DNA from: Basidiobolus meristosporus CBS 931.73
Taxonomy: Eukaryota; Fungi; Basidiobolomycota
DNA: 37,411 bases
Assembly: GCA_002104905.1 (NCBI GenBank)
Contig: MCFE01000773.1
Location: 1 to 37,411, forward strand
Direction of reading: 5' to 3'
Every line of letters begins with the position of its first letter. Position 1 is the first letter of the stretch. Under the pieces are notes generated by a model that was not told the DNA's origin, did not search any database, and saw only the letters and a list, made by a program, of their open reading frames with translations. The translations under genes were made by a program, and so were the position numbers. This document shows, piece by piece, positions 35,306 through 37,411 of this stretch.

Positions 35306-37411
35306 GAATCTCTTAGAAATTGAGCTAGGAAGCTGAAACTTGGCATGGGTGTTCATGATTGTCATGTGATCATGACACTTGGTAGGAATGGCTTCAGTAC
35401 ACCACTTGAATAAATACATATCCAGTTCATCCAGTCTTTGCATTTGTATTTTTGCATATGCGTATGAATATTAATTGGAGCCCGTGAGAAGTACTTAGGG
35501 TAGCGGATACTCTGTAATATCATGCCAATTTTTTCAAATTTCTCCGGTATATCAAAGGGCTCATTTAGCTTGAAATGCCCCATGTACAACTTGGTCATCA
35601 GTATAGGAATATTGTTGAGCAGCAAATGCATTGCTCCAGGTGGAAAGCTTTTGCTCCAACAGATACCCTCTATCTTAAGTATCTCCGGTTTCCAATTGAT
35701 TCCATATTCCGGCCAATGGCTTATAGCTTGCCAACTCTGCTGCAATTGCATGCTTACTTCTGTACGTTCTCTCTGTGGAAAGATGATGTTCTTAGTGCTG
35801 GTGTTTGGGTAATAATAATGTGTGTGAGTTATGGAGTAAATCCCCTGGATCTCACACATTCAACAGCAATACCATCCATTGTGCCTGGAAAAACCTGCTA
35901 TCTTGCTGATGGCTGGGGTATCTCCAATGCAGATAATAATATGCGCTTTTATATGACGGCCATTCACCGTTATCCCGCTGGAAAGCATACAAAATTCATT
36001 CAGCAATGGATACAGGTAGCTATCCAGGTTGGATGGTGATTTAGGCCCAGATACCAGTGAGACTACCATCAGATTATTGCTCTGATACTGTAAGATGGGC
36101 AGCAGATTCAGATTGATGAGAATCAGTGGCCAGCAGGATTTGTTGGTAGAGTCCTTGTTTAATGAGAATCCATCAAGTGCTAAAGCAAAGGTATGGTAAT
36201 ACATACCTTCAAAGTAGCCATTGCTTCTTACCTGTTTGTAATGTTTGCCATCAAATATACCGGATATGTTTGTGCTTGATTGATACTGAGTGCAGTACTG
36301 TATAGCTTTGCAATACTTGTTGGACTGCATCAGCTTCCTTAGATGGGGTATGACTGGAATATATCCGATGTGTGAACAATGTTTTCCCTCAATGGTGGTG
36401 GATTCCTCCCAATTTGGACACATTGCAATGGTAGCATTTTTGGATGTGAATGCCATGCAACTGTTAACACATGCTGGAATCAGGACAGTCTCTGGATCAT
36501 ATGTTGCCAGCCACATAATGGTTGTCCACTTGTACCATGTACATGGTAAGTTGCATCCTGGTATGATTTTGGCAAGAAGTAGTAATCAATCCTCAAAGCC
36601 CCCATTACTGATATTAGTGGAAACGTGTCACTTCTCTAGCCACAACATCACATCATTCACCAGTAGATGGATTACTGGGTTCACTTGGCTCCATAAAGTA
36701 TTCTTGGCAATTGTCTTAACAGGTGTTGTCTCATTGCATATAGGGATTTGACCGCGCTCATATGTGGTACTGTTGTTAGGGAAGATAGGCTCAAAATCCA
36801 TCAGTAAACCTTCTTTGTCAGAGCTATCACTCTGCCTGCCATATTCAGAAGGCTGAGGTGAGCCTAAAGGCATCACAAACTCACCTGACTCAGTTTGCAC
36901 AAGGTGACAAAGACGGCCAGGTGCCAATATAGAAGTATCAACTGGCCAGCAAGATAATGTTGGTACAGTAGTGACCTATGAATGGTCAAATATGACTTGG
37001 GTGGCAAAACACTGGCGGTGAATCTTGTAATACTTCCTATGCTGTCTGCGTGCTTCATGGCTGAGAGGCTTGCCACAATAGCCACATGGTCTTTTTTCTC
37101 TTCTCTTACGGCATTGAGTCAAAGTAGTCTTGTACATGGGGCAAACAGTTTGACCTTCAACAACATAACACTATTATATCACTTTTTGGTCAATACTCAT
37201 GTGAACTTAAGACAGTCTTGTATTTGAGACATTGCACCTACATGAATGTAAGATTCAATGATGACCTGCCATAGTAAGCATTATAAATAAAGTTGTGGCA
37301 CCACATACACACATATATGTAACACTATTTCCCCTTTGGTTTGACTCACTTCCATATATATGCCGCCAAAAAATAAAGCAAAGTTGTCTGGTTCTCAACC
37401 AAACCCCACCG

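Larger units (their letters stand above)
29462..35377 (-). mobile_element. Ty3/gypsy chromovirus (Tf1/sushi-like), 5916 bp, structurally complete but mutationally inactivated
   Basis: 529-bp LTRs 29462-29990 and 34849-35377 (about 9 differences, ~98%), perfect TSD CTTGG, gag then PR (ALIDSGAS), RT (YLDDIL), RNase H, IN (HHCC, SMDF/SDRG/QTER) and chromodomain. Confidence 0.97.
34849..35377 (-). repeat. 5' LTR of the chromovirus (U3 ~35377-34983, short R with AATAAA 34960-34955, U5 to 34849)
   Basis: TGTCATGA...TCATAACA termini; TATA, predicted start and AATAAA lie in the expected order. Confidence 0.93.
28400..37137 (-). pseudogene. CACTA/EnSpm-type (CMC superfamily) transposase pseudogene split by the gypsy insertion; left end approximate
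   Basis: N-terminal CGYC..LS..ARRQH (ATG 37137); Transposase_21-like ALALDGF...WPLILINLNL...VSGPKSP..LDSYLYPL...IGDTPA; C-terminal HSLLHLAWCVENIRPC..FWEFPMEQMCG. Frame is continuous across the TSD (FLP|RVHWKHW). Confidence 0.82.

Noticed and set aside
1-37411. tRNA, rRNA or snRNA genes
   Set aside because: No recognisable cloverleaf or conserved RNA motifs by eye; a covariance-model scan would be needed to exclude them.

Overview
Eukaryotic, intron-rich DNA, most likely fungal. A non-Dikarya lineage is an inference from the FGD-type RhoGEFs and ~60-70 nt introns. The window has two sharply different halves. 1-16.5 kb is CpG-rich genic DNA: two tandem DH-PH-FYVE (FGD-like) RhoGEF paralogs, RPS11, a divergently transcribed NADH pyrophosphatase (NPY1/NudC type), and two tandem MOT1-family molybdate transporter genes that are ~99% identical from codon ~16 to the stop but diverged in their flanks. 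16.5-37.4 kb is a CpG-eroded block of nested dead transposons. It holds a Ty1/copia element hit three times in antisense by its own family (two solo LTRs and one full element, all with target-site duplications), a deleted mini-copia, and a CACTA/EnSpm transposase split by a 5.9 kb Ty3/gypsy chromovirus. That chromovirus retains a readable regulatory kit: a phased heat-shock-element array in U3, TATA, a tRNA-independent self-priming site and a G_GGA_AAC -1 frameshift hairpin. The best leads are the context-biased CpG erosion that spares the near-identical MOT1 duplicates, and the heat-shock/self-priming chromovirus. All counts are by hand and approximate.
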